DNA from: Mycobacterium phage prophiT36-1
Strand: one strand, 5' to 3'
DNA: 64,000 bases
Sequence record: OQ417966.1
In this document: positions 28,060-38,019 of the stretch, in pieces
Numbering within the stretch: the first letter of the stretch is position 1
Layout of the letters: every line of letters begins with the position of its first letter
Notes under the pieces: generated by a model
What the model was told of the DNA's origin: nothing
The model's database searches: none
The model's input: only the letters and a program-made list of their open reading frames with translations
Program-made: the position numbers and the translations under genes

Positions 28060-30542
28060 AGACAGCACAGCTCGGTTCCCCAGGGCCAGTCGCGGCACCG
28101 GTTTCGTCCGACATCTTCGCCGACACCGAAGATGTATTCCTGTCCCGCCCGGACAGGATCGCTGGCGCCCCCGCATGCCTGTTTAGCGAGCAGGTATGGG
28201 ATGCGACGGGTGTGCTGCCTCGGCGCGCTAACATCGGCCGCCATCAATTGCGCATAATCTTTCCGCAGCATCCGGCGTGGTCGCTGCGGTCTCGTGAGAT
28301 TGCGATGACCTTGCTTAACAGCACCGACCCACGGTTGCTCGCACGATCGGTCTCCTTCGGCAGCCGTACGTTCTCCCTGGCGCATGTGCGATCGCGCTGC
28401 GAGACATACAAAACCGTGGCGGCGTGGCAGACAGCTCAAGGCTTACCTGACGACATTTCGGCCTGGGGCGCCCGCGACTGGGTAGCGATGGTCGAAGCCG
28501 AAATCGCCAGGGGCGTCAAAAACGGGACCGTGCGCAATCTCATCTGCGCTATCCGCGACCTTGTCTTCCTTGGGCCCATCTTGACTGGCGGCGGCATCGC
28601 ATCAGACCCATGGAACGGCAAGGCAACGAAACTCATCGCCAAAGGCGCCGTGGCAGGACGAACTGAAGTAATCGCCCCGGCACGTTGGATACCGCTGATA
28701 GGTGCGTGCTGGACATACATCGACACCTTCGCCGAAGACATCCTGAGTCTGCGTGTGAGCCATCAGTGTGACCTGCGCCCCGGCATGCCGGAATGGAGGC
28801 GCCGCTCGGAAGTAAGCGATGACGAGCTGCTCACCGCATACCTGGAGTCCTCCGGTGCCGTTATTCCCGCTAAGACTCGTGACGGTGGCCCGGACCCGAG
28901 CTGGTGGCGCCTATCCAAATTGGTAACCGCCGACCGGTCTTCGGCAATCTTCAAAGAAGACAGGGCAGCGGGGCGCCGCCGCAGAGAGATGGTGTATCAG
29001 GCGCTCGCCAACAACGTGGCCCGTTATGTAGCCCTCACTGCCAGTGAATTCGAAAATCTTTTGGCACAAGGGATTTCCAAGAAACTCGCGGGCAGCGATG
29101 CCGAGACCATAGTACGGATCCAGGGCGCCGACGAGATGCTCGATGCGTGGATTGACGCTGCCAGCAACCGAGTCGCAGTCACGTCCACAGAACTATGCAG
29201 CTCGCCGGGAAAGATCGCTGAAGACGACATCAATTGGGCATTGATGGAACGGATCGTGTTCCGTTCAGAAGGCGTGACTGGCCTGCTCGGGAAGGGCTGG
29301 GCAACCTCTGTCCGCCGCAGGCGCAAACTACTTAAACTCGCCCGCTCAGGCCGAGTTTTCGCATCCGCCAGTGGTGTCGGTGTGATGGGCGTACCGCGCG
29401 ACTGCACTGGCTTCACCCTAGTCGGCGCACCAGGCAGGCAGATCCCTTGGCGGGAATCAATGTCGGACTATGAGGCGCGGTGCGAACTGCGCGCCTTGCG
29501 GGCATCCTGCTATGTCTTCATCGCCGCGATAACAATGATGCGCGACAGTGAGATTCAAGATATGAAGCGAGGCTGTATACGTACCGATTACGGCGTCGCT
29601 TCTGTGAAATCACACCTTTACAAGGGGCGTTCGGGCAAGACGGTCGCACACTGGTGGATCATCGATGAAGTAGCCACAGCAATCAGAGTGCTGGAACGAC
29701 TCAGCTGTCATCCAGAGTATCTGTTCGCACGATTCGTCGACGGAGAACTCGAGAATCCTGAACCCGGTATCAGGTCAGGACTCGAGATTGCGTTTCTGCT
29801 CGATCATTTGGCGGCCACCGGCGCCCGAAGCGGGATCGCACCGGTGCCCGAGGGGCCCGTGATTTCCGCGCGAGCTCTGCGCCGTACCACTGCATCCATC
29901 AGCCGCGAACTGGGAGGCAACGAGCTTGCGGTAAGTCATCAACTCAAACACGCCATCAACTACGGCTACTCGAACGTTACCAGCGCCTATATGGCACCAG
30001 ACCCGGCATGGGCAGACCTGCTCAACACCAACAGGTCCGAGGACAACCTTGAGCACATGGTGACCGTCGTGCAGCAGTCCGCGCGCACCAGCGCCTCCTT
30101 GGCCGGTCGCGGCGGTGAGCGGCTGACCCAACAGATTGCCCAAGCGGTCGAACAGAGCGCAGGCCCTGGATACCCCGGTTCGGTGCTCTCCGATGAGGAG
30201 CTAGCCATCCTGCTGAGAAAAATCGCGCCGCAGATCCGTTTCGGACCTGCCAACGCGTGTCTGTACGACGAAGAGAACGCGCTATGTCGGCGCGATGCCA
30301 CCACCGAAATCCAGGGGCCGCTTCTGGGACTGTGTCAACCGTCGCGCTGCGCAAACTCGGTGATCGGTACCGAACACATGCCTGTGTGGGTCACCGAGTT
30401 GCAGACATTGCAGAAGACCATCGCCAGCCCCCGCGTGAGTCCGCCTCGACGACAGGCACTTTCAGAACGAATCACCGACGTACAGCACGTACTGAGCCAG
30501 CTCCAAACACGACCGCAAGCGGGCGACCATGGGCAGCCGTGA
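28056..30542 (+). CDS. Tyrosine recombinase-like protein, third member of the trio, 828 aa.
   Basis: GTGA start/stop overlap with gene B. C-terminal segment TMMRDSE (Arg I), KSHLYKGRSGKTV (Lys), ARALRRTTAS (box II Arg), VSHQLKHAINYGYS (His and Tyr). The large N-terminal extension is of unknown function. Confidence 0.6.
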   Translation: MKTAQLGSPGPVAAPVSSDIFADTEDVFLSRPDRIAGAPACLFSEQVWDATGVLPRRANIGRHQLRIIFPQHPAWSLRSREIAMTLLNSTDPRLLARSVSFGSRTFSLAHVRSRCETYKTVAAWQTAQGLPDDISAWGARDWVAMVEAEIARGVKNGTVRNLICAIRDLVFLGPILTGGGIASDPWNGKATKLIAKGAVAGRTEVIAPARWIPLIGACWTYIDTFAEDILSLRVSHQCDLRPGMPEWRRRSEVSDDELLTAYLESSGAVIPAKTRDGGPDPSWWRLSKLVTADRSSAIFKEDRAAGRRRREMVYQALANNVARYVALTASEFENLLAQGISKKLAGSDAETIVRIQGADEMLDAWIDAASNRVAVTSTELCSSPGKIAEDDINWALMERIVFRSEGVTGLLGKGWATSVRRRRKLLKLARSGRVFASASGVGVMGVPRDCTGFTLVGAPGRQIPWRESMSDYEARCELRALRASCYVFIAAITMMRDSEIQDMKRGCIRTDYGVASVKSHLYKGRSGKTVAHWWIIDEVATAIRVLERLSCHPEYLFARFVDGELENPEPGIRSGLEIAFLLDHLAATGARSGIAPVPEGPVISARALRRTTASISRELGGNELAVSHQLKHAINYGYSNVTSAYMAPDPAWADLLNTNRSEDNLEHMVTVVQQSARTSASLAGRGGERLTQQIAQAVEQSAGPGYPGSVLSDEELAILLRKIAPQIRFGPANACLYDEENALCRRDATTEIQGPLLGLCQPSRCANSVIGTEHMPVWVTELQTLQKTIASPRVSPPRRQALSERITDVQHVLSQLQTRPQAGDHGQP

Positions 30543-30927
30543 GGAAATCCGTGCCGCGATGGAACGCCTCCTAAACGGCGACGCCCAGCACACCGACGGA
30601 CGCCTAACCAAAACCAACCTTGCGGTAGAAGCCGGCGTGGGTCGGGCGACCCTCTACCGCCAGCACGACCTGATGGCCGAATGGGCGCGCCGCGTCACCG
30701 AATCAGACATCGCCCCACCCGCCGCGTCTGCCGCGGCCACGATCGCACACCTGACCCGACAGCTGGCCGACGAACGCTCCCGCCGCCGCGAATCCGACCG
30801 CATCGCCAACGGCCTGGCCTTCGTGGTAGCCGAGCTCTACCGCGCGCTAGAGGCTCGGACTCCCCCAAATTCTTCACGCGGCACGATCATCCCGATAAAC
30901 GCCAAAACGCGAAGGCGCGCAGACTAG
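30529..30927 (+). CDS. Small HTH protein, 132 aa, TetR-like, translationally coupled to the recombinase trio.
   Basis: 14-nt overlap with the end of gene C. N-terminal KTNLAVEAGVGRATLYRQH matches the TetR-type HTH signature (AG-V-x-x-x-T-L-Y). Confidence 0.5.
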   Translation: MGSREEIRAAMERLLNGDAQHTDGRLTKTNLAVEAGVGRATLYRQHDLMAEWARRVTESDIAPPAASAAATIAHLTRQLADERSRRRESDRIANGLAFVVAELYRALEARTPPNSSRGTIIPINAKTRRRAD

Positions 30928-30988
30928 CCTGAGCCCATTTCACATACGAGCGAATGAGTTCATTGCTGATCGAAGCAGTACGGGATTC

Positions 30989-33900
30989 GTGCGTGGGAGC
31001 GGTGCCCGCCATGAATGGACAGCGCCGGCATCTGATCGGGACCGTTCGAGCGCGACTTACGTGGGGAGAGGTTACGTGGCCGACAGCCAGGCACTTCGGA
31101 AAGTTCGGTATGCAGACAAGTTCCGGGGCTATCAGGGCCAGGCTATTGCTATGGCCCGGAAGTATCGGCGCAGCTTCCACGACGAGGACGGCGCGCAGGG
31201 GCTTGATGCCGCATTGGTTTACCACCCCACGGGTACGGGCAAGACAGCCGTCATTGCCGGTCTAACGCACGCGGCACACGAAATCGGCAATGTCCTGGTG
31301 CTGACCACACGCGAAGTCATACGTGATCAACTGGTGCGCGAGCTCAGCGGTGGCCTCTTCATTGACGAGAACAAGTTCGCGCTGCCCATGCGCCACAAAC
31401 TTTCTAAGGTCTGCTTCGCGGTGGCCGAGTCCCGCCAATTACTCGGCACAGCATTAGCGTTGCATGCGGCGACGCGAAAACGCATCCCCGACCAGGTGGT
31501 CCGGGAGTTCAGTCAGCGGCAGTTCGAGCGGCTTGCACCCGAGCCCGACATCGACATCGTGAGCCACTTGCATGAACAGAACTCTGTTCTCATTCTCACC
31601 GTCCAAATGCTGGCCCGCTTGCACCGAGGCCGCACCGGGCAGTCACCGATATACGACGTCTTGCGTCAACACGTAGACCTGGTCGTCTTCGACGAAGGAC
31701 ACTACGAACCTGCACCGCGCTACAGCGAGGCAGTGCGGGATCTAGGGCGCCCTACTGTGCTGTTGACCGCTACCCCTTTCCGTAACGACCTGAAAGCTTT
31801 TCGCATCACACCCGAGCATGTCGACATTTATCGATTCACCCAGGCGGTGCAGCAGCAGCACATCAGAGAAGTCCAGATCGTGCAGCGCACACCGACACGT
31901 GACCCGGACAAGTTCTGCGCCGATGTTCTCGATTTCTGCACATCGGTGTGGGGACCCGATCCAGGGCAGTGGACCCGCCGGATCATTATTCGCTGCGACG
32001 ATGTCGAGTGCGTAACACGCCTTGGCGAAGCATTCATAGCCCATGGCTTCAAGGACCGAGTCATCGGCATCCATGACCGCTACACCAACCCTGGGCAAGG
32101 CGACGGGCAGCCATGGCAATACCGCACAGTCCCAGCGCCGTCGGAAACCCAAGCACTAGTATGGATTCACCAGCATAAACTGCTAGAGGGCGTCGATGAT
32201 CATCGCTTCCAGATTCTGGCTTTCTTCAACCCACCGACCAATGTGCGCGCCATTGTCCAACAAATCGGCCGAGTCGTAAGGACCAAGCCTGGTGGCCAAG
32301 ACGCAGGCAACGCATACGTTTTGGACTATTTCGCCGGGCGCATCGCTAGATACTGGAGTCTATATCGCGGGTATGACGCTGCAGCCACGCCCGAGGCAGT
32401 CACTATGACCGCATCACGGTTCTACCTCACGAGATTCACCGCTGCACTGCCGCAGTTCGATTACATCGACCAAAAGTTTCGCCAGCGGCTCGATCTGTTC
32501 GACCACGACCAGCAAGCCCAGCTCACTGACACCATCGCCGACGAGATCTTCTTCAAGCGCACTGTGGCACTTAGACAGATACCAAACACCCTGACGATCC
32601 AGGACGTTGTCCCGCTTCTCGAGATCGCCCTTAAGGAAGGCGATTACGAGTACCAGCGATTCGATGTGTCGAAGATATGCCCCAATACCGCTCTATTCCT
32701 GTGTTCCCGGGTGAACAATGTCGACTTTCTCAACACTTACTTCTTCCCCGAGCCGCACCTAGAAGCCCGGCTCGTGATGCTCTTCCCAGAACACGCACTG
32801 CTGGCCTCGACAAGTACAGCAGGCGCATCGGTCAAAGATGGACTAGGGATTCTTGCGCGGTACGATCCGACCCGACTTGAGCGACTCCTATTGCCGGGCA
32901 ACGATAACCGGGGACGCATCACCAGCGTTTCCTCTAAGAACATGAACCTCAGTAGCCGGGCAGTGCGCGGTCGGGTCGTCTACGCAGCATCCATGGCTGA
33001 CATCCCGGCAGCCCTCGATGAGCACGGCCATGTCGTCTCCACGGTCACCGGCTACAACGGCTCGGCTCCACAGGTCATAGACCACCTCGAATACCAAGTA
33101 AGTGTGTTGGCCGATGAACTTGCCAGATCAGGGGCGACCACCGAAGGGCCTGGCACTGGTGCAACCCTTGTGCGCCGTTACGTGGGCATCGCAAGCGGTC
33201 ACGTGACTGAGTACCTTCCACCACTGCGCATCAAGGCATTCCGTACTTGGGTGCAATCACTGGCGAACCAGATGGATGACCCCGCACGCTATGACCGAGT
33301 CTTTAGTCGCTACGCCGAGCTCGCGGTAGGCGAGACGGTCTCGGGCGCAGCCCAGAACCTGCTATTGGACTTCACCGAGCTCACCGAGCTCTACCGGCAC
33401 CGCCTCACCGGCCAATGCGTTATCAGCGATGATGTGTGCGCCGACAGATTAGGCGATCCATACGGTACACCCGAACAGCCTGCGGCACAGTTCATCATGA
33501 CGATAAATGACACCCCATACACAATAGCCGCCACCTTCAACACCTCGTCCAAGCGGTACCGCATCGAGTGCCCGGCGCTCGACTATGACTTCATCCCGAT
33601 CGATGACCGCGACGGCTCGTTGATACGTGCGATAAACCAGATGCAGGCTTTCACGGTGGTCCCAGAGGACCGAGATCGCATCTACGCGCACGGGAGCTTC
33701 TATGCGCCGTCCCTGAAGTTCGGGCCAGACCGATTTAACCCCAACGGTTTCCCTATCGGACACCTGCTTTACCCCTCGCAACAGTTCAAGTCTAAAGAGA
33801 CAGAAAAAGGGGATAAAGTCATTGGCGGCAACCGTTACCAGACACACAGCCTGTTCGGCCTGATCGACAGCTGGAAGTCAGGTTTCGATACCGCAGAACT

Positions 33901-34474
33901 CGATCTCGACCCTCACTGGGTGCGGCGCAGTGGCTATGTCCCTGAATCGCTCTCGTTTTCACCCACTGCGCTCATCGTGGACGACATGGGTTGCGAATGC
34001 GCCGATTTTATTATTGCCGACACGCTCGGGCGGCGGGTTGTGCTGATTCATGGCAAGGCATCCGAGACGTGGCGCCCGTATTCGGCCTCAGCTCTGCAGG
34101 AGATCTGTGCGCAGGCTCAAAAGAACACAGCGCTGTTCTCCTCGCGTGAGCCCCGCATGCCGCCAAACATCACCTTGTGGGACAAGGCACACAACTTCAA
34201 CAACCTGTCGGTAGCTAAACGAATCCGGAAGCCGAACAGAGATACGGCGGAGAGGATTTGGCACGACCAACTGGCGCCGCTGTTAGCCAACCCACTCACT
34301 TCGCGCGAGATCTGGCTGGTGCTTGGCAACATGCTGTCGGCCTCAGAGATCATCGCGCAACTAAAGACTGACCGGCCTGCCGCCGAAGTCCTACAGCTAA
34401 CGCAACTACTGCACACCACAATGGAAGCCGCACGCGGCGTAGCAGCAAATCTGCGAATCTTCTGTTCGCCATAG
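30989..34474 (+). CDS. SF2 (ResIII/DEAD-like) helicase fused to a large C-terminal region with a putative PD-(D/E)xK-like nuclease motif, 1161 aa. Candidate single-protein defence helicase-nuclease.
   Basis: Helicase motifs in order: FRGYQGQAI (Q-like), HPTGTGKTAV (Walker A/I), LVVFDEGHY (II, DEGH), LLTATPF (III), QQIGRVVRT (VI). C-terminal segment IVDDMGCECADFIIADTLGRRVVLIHGKAS resembles D ... E-x-D ... K of restriction-endonuclease folds. GC is lower than in the phage module. The start codon is uncertain (GTG 30989 or the in-frame ATG at residue 55). Confidence 0.65.
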   Translation: MRGSGARHEWTAPASDRDRSSATYVGRGYVADSQALRKVRYADKFRGYQGQAIAMARKYRRSFHDEDGAQGLDAALVYHPTGTGKTAVIAGLTHAAHEIGNVLVLTTREVIRDQLVRELSGGLFIDENKFALPMRHKLSKVCFAVAESRQLLGTALALHAATRKRIPDQVVREFSQRQFERLAPEPDIDIVSHLHEQNSVLILTVQMLARLHRGRTGQSPIYDVLRQHVDLVVFDEGHYEPAPRYSEAVRDLGRPTVLLTATPFRNDLKAFRITPEHVDIYRFTQAVQQQHIREVQIVQRTPTRDPDKFCADVLDFCTSVWGPDPGQWTRRIIIRCDDVECVTRLGEAFIAHGFKDRVIGIHDRYTNPGQGDGQPWQYRTVPAPSETQALVWIHQHKLLEGVDDHRFQILAFFNPPTNVRAIVQQIGRVVRTKPGGQDAGNAYVLDYFAGRIARYWSLYRGYDAAATPEAVTMTASRFYLTRFTAALPQFDYIDQKFRQRLDLFDHDQQAQLTDTIADEIFFKRTVALRQIPNTLTIQDVVPLLEIALKEGDYEYQRFDVSKICPNTALFLCSRVNNVDFLNTYFFPEPHLEARLVMLFPEHALLASTSTAGASVKDGLGILARYDPTRLERLLLPGNDNRGRITSVSSKNMNLSSRAVRGRVVYAASMADIPAALDEHGHVVSTVTGYNGSAPQVIDHLEYQVSVLADELARSGATTEGPGTGATLVRRYVGIASGHVTEYLPPLRIKAFRTWVQSLANQMDDPARYDRVFSRYAELAVGETVSGAAQNLLLDFTELTELYRHRLTGQCVISDDVCADRLGDPYGTPEQPAAQFIMTINDTPYTIAATFNTSSKRYRIECPALDYDFIPIDDRDGSLIRAINQMQAFTVVPEDRDRIYAHGSFYAPSLKFGPDRFNPNGFPIGHLLYPSQQFKSKETEKGDKVIGGNRYQTHSLFGLIDSWKSGFDTAELDLDPHWVRRSGYVPESLSFSPTALIVDDMGCECADFIIADTLGRRVVLIHGKASETWRPYSASALQEICAQAQKNTALFSSREPRMPPNITLWDKAHNFNNLSVAKRIRKPNRDTAERIWHDQLAPLLANPLTSREIWLVLGNMLSASEIIAQLKTDRPAAEVLQLTQLLHTTMEAARGVAANLRIFCSP

Positions 34475-34510
34475 TTGTTGCTACAGAGTATAAATCAAGA
34501 TCTGCCGGAC

Positions 34511-34768
34511 TCAGTGGTCGGCGAAGAAGTCGCCCGCTGAAGCATCCAACGCCTCCGCAATGTCGACGAGGCGTTCATACAGAAGTCCCCGGCGGCCGTG
34601 CTCGACGTCAATGAGTACGTTGCGAGTCACACCCGACGCCAACGCGAGCGCCTCTTGAGTCAGGCCCCGCGCAAGACGCAACGCGCGGATGCGGGCGCCG
34701 ACCGCCTGCCGAGTATGTTCCCAGGCAATCACACGCTCGGGATCGTTCTGCTGAGGGCGGGTAGGCAT
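34511..34768 (-). CDS. XRE-family HTH transcriptional regulator, 85 aa.
   Basis: Classic HTH_3 signature LRLARGLTQEALALASGVTRNVLIDVEHGRR. Convergent with the helicase gene and divergent from the 246-aa gene. Confidence 0.75.
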   Translation of the reverse strand: MPTRPQQNDPERVIAWEHTRQAVGARIRALRLARGLTQEALALASGVTRNVLIDVEHGRRGLLYERLVDIAEALDASAGDFFADH

Positions 34769-34778
34769 TAACCCAGTT

Positions 34779-35519
34779 ATGGAGCGCCCGTACCAAAAGT
34801 CTGCCCTACTAGTAGTACATTGCTGTGTTGTGTTTGAATTCGATCCCGAAGATGCGTCTGTAGAGACTGTTTCGGCACTGGCCCTGGATGCGATGGACGA
34901 GCTGCGCAGGAAGTTGATCGAATGCCTTCTGGTGTTGCAAACGTTGTCTGATGAAGCTGATCTGAATTTCGTCGATCTAATTAGCGATCTGCAGGCCGTT
35001 CACCGAGGTACTCAAGAGGCGTATCGAGCAGCTAGTCTGGTGCATCAGGGTGCTCAGCTAGACGGCCGATGGGGTAACAGTTTGTCCAAGCCCAAAGCCG
35101 TTTTCGCTCGCCATAATTCAGCAGTGCGTCGCGGCGCCAAAAAGGTAATCCCGATGTCGGCACCATCTGACCTGGTGGAGCAGAGTTTGTATCACTTGCC
35201 CAAGCCCGACCGCGTTCAAGCAACCGTGGGTGACCGGCCCCAATGCGCGGGCACCGTTCGTTCCACAGGTGAAAGCTGTGCCAGCTCCGCCATGTATCTG
35301 GGTTCGGGAGCATTTGCAGCGCACTGTTATTCGCACGCTACTCCCGCTGAACGTGAGCGGTACAGGGTCTATCACAAGGAGATTGATGCGCGACGTGCGC
35401 GCACATATGACGATTTGCGCGAGCGTCAGTGGGCGGTCGGTCGCGAGATTCTCGCTCACTGGATCTCTAGTCGCGAACATGGCATCGAGTGGCTTGAGAA
35501 AGCTATCGCTGAAGTTTAG
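34779..35519 (+). CDS. Hypothetical protein, up to 246 aa, with a Cys/His cluster suggesting a zinc ribbon (C-x10-C ... H-C-x2-H).
   Basis: The ORF is divergent from the XRE gene; the true start is probably an internal ATG near 34893. Segment PQCAGTVRSTGESCASSAMYLGSGAFAAHCYSH. No known family recognised. Confidence 0.4.
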   Translation: MERPYQKSALLVVHCCVVFEFDPEDASVETVSALALDAMDELRRKLIECLLVLQTLSDEADLNFVDLISDLQAVHRGTQEAYRAASLVHQGAQLDGRWGNSLSKPKAVFARHNSAVRRGAKKVIPMSAPSDLVEQSLYHLPKPDRVQATVGDRPQCAGTVRSTGESCASSAMYLGSGAFAAHCYSHATPAERERYRVYHKEIDARRARTYDDLRERQWAVGREILAHWISSREHGIEWLEKAIAEV

Positions 35520-35876
35520 AAGCGCAGGGCGTTTTACTGCTCCTTCACGAGCGCACGGGCAGGAGTCACAACGATTCCGTCAGCCAATCGGACCGCGAGT
35601 GGGCTACGCCACGTAGAGCGAAGATCATTTACACAGATTGGGCATCTAAGTCTTTGCCCTGCGATGAAATGCTCGTTGTTTCGGACGACGCGCACCCATG
35701 ACGGAAGCTGCCGACAGGATGCCTACCCTTGGCCGAACGAAACATTGAGGCAGTCCTGCAAGCGCAGCGAGGACGGTCGGCGGGCCTCCAGTGTGCGGGC
35801 AGGACATCACGGTGATCTTGCGGGCTGTTGGGCTGGCCCGCTCTGCCTCGACGGCCCGTAAGGGCACGTAATTCGT

Positions 35877-37649
35877 TTGCTCTTTACGGGCGGTCGCGTA
35901 GCTTTGTTTTGTGTTCCTTTCCATCCGGGGCCATTGGCTTGCCGCTTTACGTATCTTGGACCGTTGGTGAAGCTGCGGCGCCTGACGCGGCGCGAAACAA
36001 ACGAGAGCCTGCGCCGGCGATGGGCATTTTTTCAGGCGCATCTTCGCGACGAATTTGTCCACTCCGCACAAGGCGAGCAGGTACTCAAGTACGCCTTTGA
36101 GTTGCGCCGGGTTAATCGGCCAGATACTGATGTCGAACATTTCAAGGCGGTGGTCGCTGCCGAGCGTGACGTGTGCGAGGCGCGGGCACGAGCAGCTCTA
36201 GACCGGGTGAACCCGGCCAGTGTTCTGGTGCTGGGGGTGATTCTTGAGCGCGCCGGTCAATCGCGTTACCGGCAGTTCCTGGGCGCGTTTGGGATGTCGC
36301 GGCTCGTATGGTTGATCGGAGCGGCCGGCGGGGGCACTGGACCTCTCGGTGAAGGTATTCGAGAGTTCTTCGATTGTGCAGTGCCCTGGTTAGCTGTTAC
36401 CGCATTGGAAAGTGAGCTGTGGTGGCAGCCCACGGGACGTGACCCTGATGATGCGACCGTGACAGCGGTTGGTTCGCGCATGGTCAATGCGCATACCCGC
36501 CTGTGGTGGGGCTCGTTGATGGTCGCGCGCTCACTGCTGCGGCAGGCACGCCGACCCGAGTTACCCGAAACGATCGTCCCGGAGCTGGTGCAGTATCTCG
36601 TCGCAGCCAACGGGGCCAACCTGCGCGAGCGCGCAGAATTCATTCTGCCGCCGCTGAGCACTCAGGCCCGCACATTTGCGACCGCATGTTCAGTGCGGGC
36701 CGGTCAGTACGCGGGCCGTCGGCTCGATGACCTGGTCAATACCCGCATTGACGGTGAGAGCTCGGGTGGGCAACCGTGCGAGACTTACCCGTTCATTCTC
36801 GTAGGTGAGCAGCTCGTGCCGGCCACGATCTATGTCTTGCGCGGCAGCCTGCACGTTATGTTCGTGGACTACCTGCGTAGAACGCTCAAAGACGAAGGCT
36901 CCCAAATCTTTGAGCGCACGTGCGGGGACCTGATCCGTGAGCTGCTGGGCACGGACGGTGAAATGCTCACCGACGTCAATATTCGGATATCCCATGCGGA
37001 ACGAAAACATAAGGGCCAAACTGATTTCGCGGCACTTTGGCAATCAGTCCTGCTTATCGGGGAGGTTAAGGCTGCGTTGGAGCCGGTCTTGCCACGTAAA
37101 TCTGGGGCGTCCTATGACCGTGACGTGGGTAAAGCATTCACGCAGCTCAATGAGCGATTGGCCGCCGCAGCTGCCGGAAGCTCGGTGTCGGCGGCCGGTC
37201 GGATGGTTAAGGCCGAAGAATATTCACAAGTGCGAGGACTTGGGGTGGTGATGCACGATTTCGGCGGCGAGATCTGGCGGCATAGAGCACATGGCGGGAA
37301 GTTCAAAGACTCTGCAAGACTGCCGATTATTACGGTCCAGGACCTCGCAGTGATCGCTCACACATTGAGCGGGATGGATGAGTTTCTCCGGTACCTGGAC
37401 TTCCGTCAGCAGCTCCTGGGGGCAGGTGTGCGGGCTATGGAGGAGTTCGACATTCTCGCCGGTTTCCTGGCGCGAGGCCCGGGCCCGGGTCAGCAGCTTA
37501 CTCGTGCGCAGAGGCGTGCGACACGAAATGGCAAAGGGCACATCAGGCTTGCGGCCCGCGCTGTTCCCTTGTCTTTGCAGCATGTCTTCGAGCCGCCGGT
37601 GGATAAAGCTGGCTGGCGTCAGATCGTCGCCGGAATGCCCAGGGTCTGA
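35877..37649 (+). CDS. Hypothetical protein, up to 590 aa, with a PD-(D/E)xK-type nuclease motif; candidate effector or partner of the downstream OLD-family gene.
   Basis: Segment ERTCGDLIRELLG ... GQTDFAALWQSVLLIGEVKAALEP fits E ... D-x12-E-V-K of the restriction-endonuclease fold. Same strand and adjacent to the 601-aa gene. The start is uncertain (the N-terminal ~60 aa look non-protein-like). Confidence 0.45.
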   Translation: MLFTGGRVALFCVPFHPGPLACRFTYLGPLVKLRRLTRRETNESLRRRWAFFQAHLRDEFVHSAQGEQVLKYAFELRRVNRPDTDVEHFKAVVAAERDVCEARARAALDRVNPASVLVLGVILERAGQSRYRQFLGAFGMSRLVWLIGAAGGGTGPLGEGIREFFDCAVPWLAVTALESELWWQPTGRDPDDATVTAVGSRMVNAHTRLWWGSLMVARSLLRQARRPELPETIVPELVQYLVAANGANLRERAEFILPPLSTQARTFATACSVRAGQYAGRRLDDLVNTRIDGESSGGQPCETYPFILVGEQLVPATIYVLRGSLHVMFVDYLRRTLKDEGSQIFERTCGDLIRELLGTDGEMLTDVNIRISHAERKHKGQTDFAALWQSVLLIGEVKAALEPVLPRKSGASYDRDVGKAFTQLNERLAAAAAGSSVSAAGRMVKAEEYSQVRGLGVVMHDFGGEIWRHRAHGGKFKDSARLPIITVQDLAVIAHTLSGMDEFLRYLDFRQQLLGAGVRAMEEFDILAGFLARGPGPGQQLTRAQRRATRNGKGHIRLAARAVPLSLQHVFEPPVDKAGWRQIVAGMPRV

Positions 37650-38019
37650 ACTCGCCGCAGGACCCGGGAACGGCCGACCTCCGCTAAGCCTGCCTGCCCA
37701 GTGCATCGGTGGGTCGGTAGTGGTTTGGGACTGTGTCTGATTGCCAGCCATTCGGATTGGGCGAGCTATGCCTGACAGTTCGCACCTGACTCTCGCTGTC
37801 AGTTGTCGCCCACATACCGCTCCAACGCTATCCAGACTGGTCCTGGCACTTCCGAAGTAGCGACGTACTGTGATCTTTCAGTTCAGAACAGTGTTTACGC
37901 GGGGGTCCTTCGCGGCAGCTCCTCGCAAAGTCGGCGGCCGGTAGATATTGTGTCGCACTGCGACAACAATCAGATTCAGATCCCACCGTCTACCTGTCGC
38001 GTCTAACTGAGGGGGTTCC

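Noticed and set aside
30954-31265. 103-aa ORF overlapping the start of the helicase gene in another frame; similarly 40954-41196 and 39860-40147
   Set aside because: Overlapping or off-frame ORFs with no motifs and junk-like composition. They were not called.
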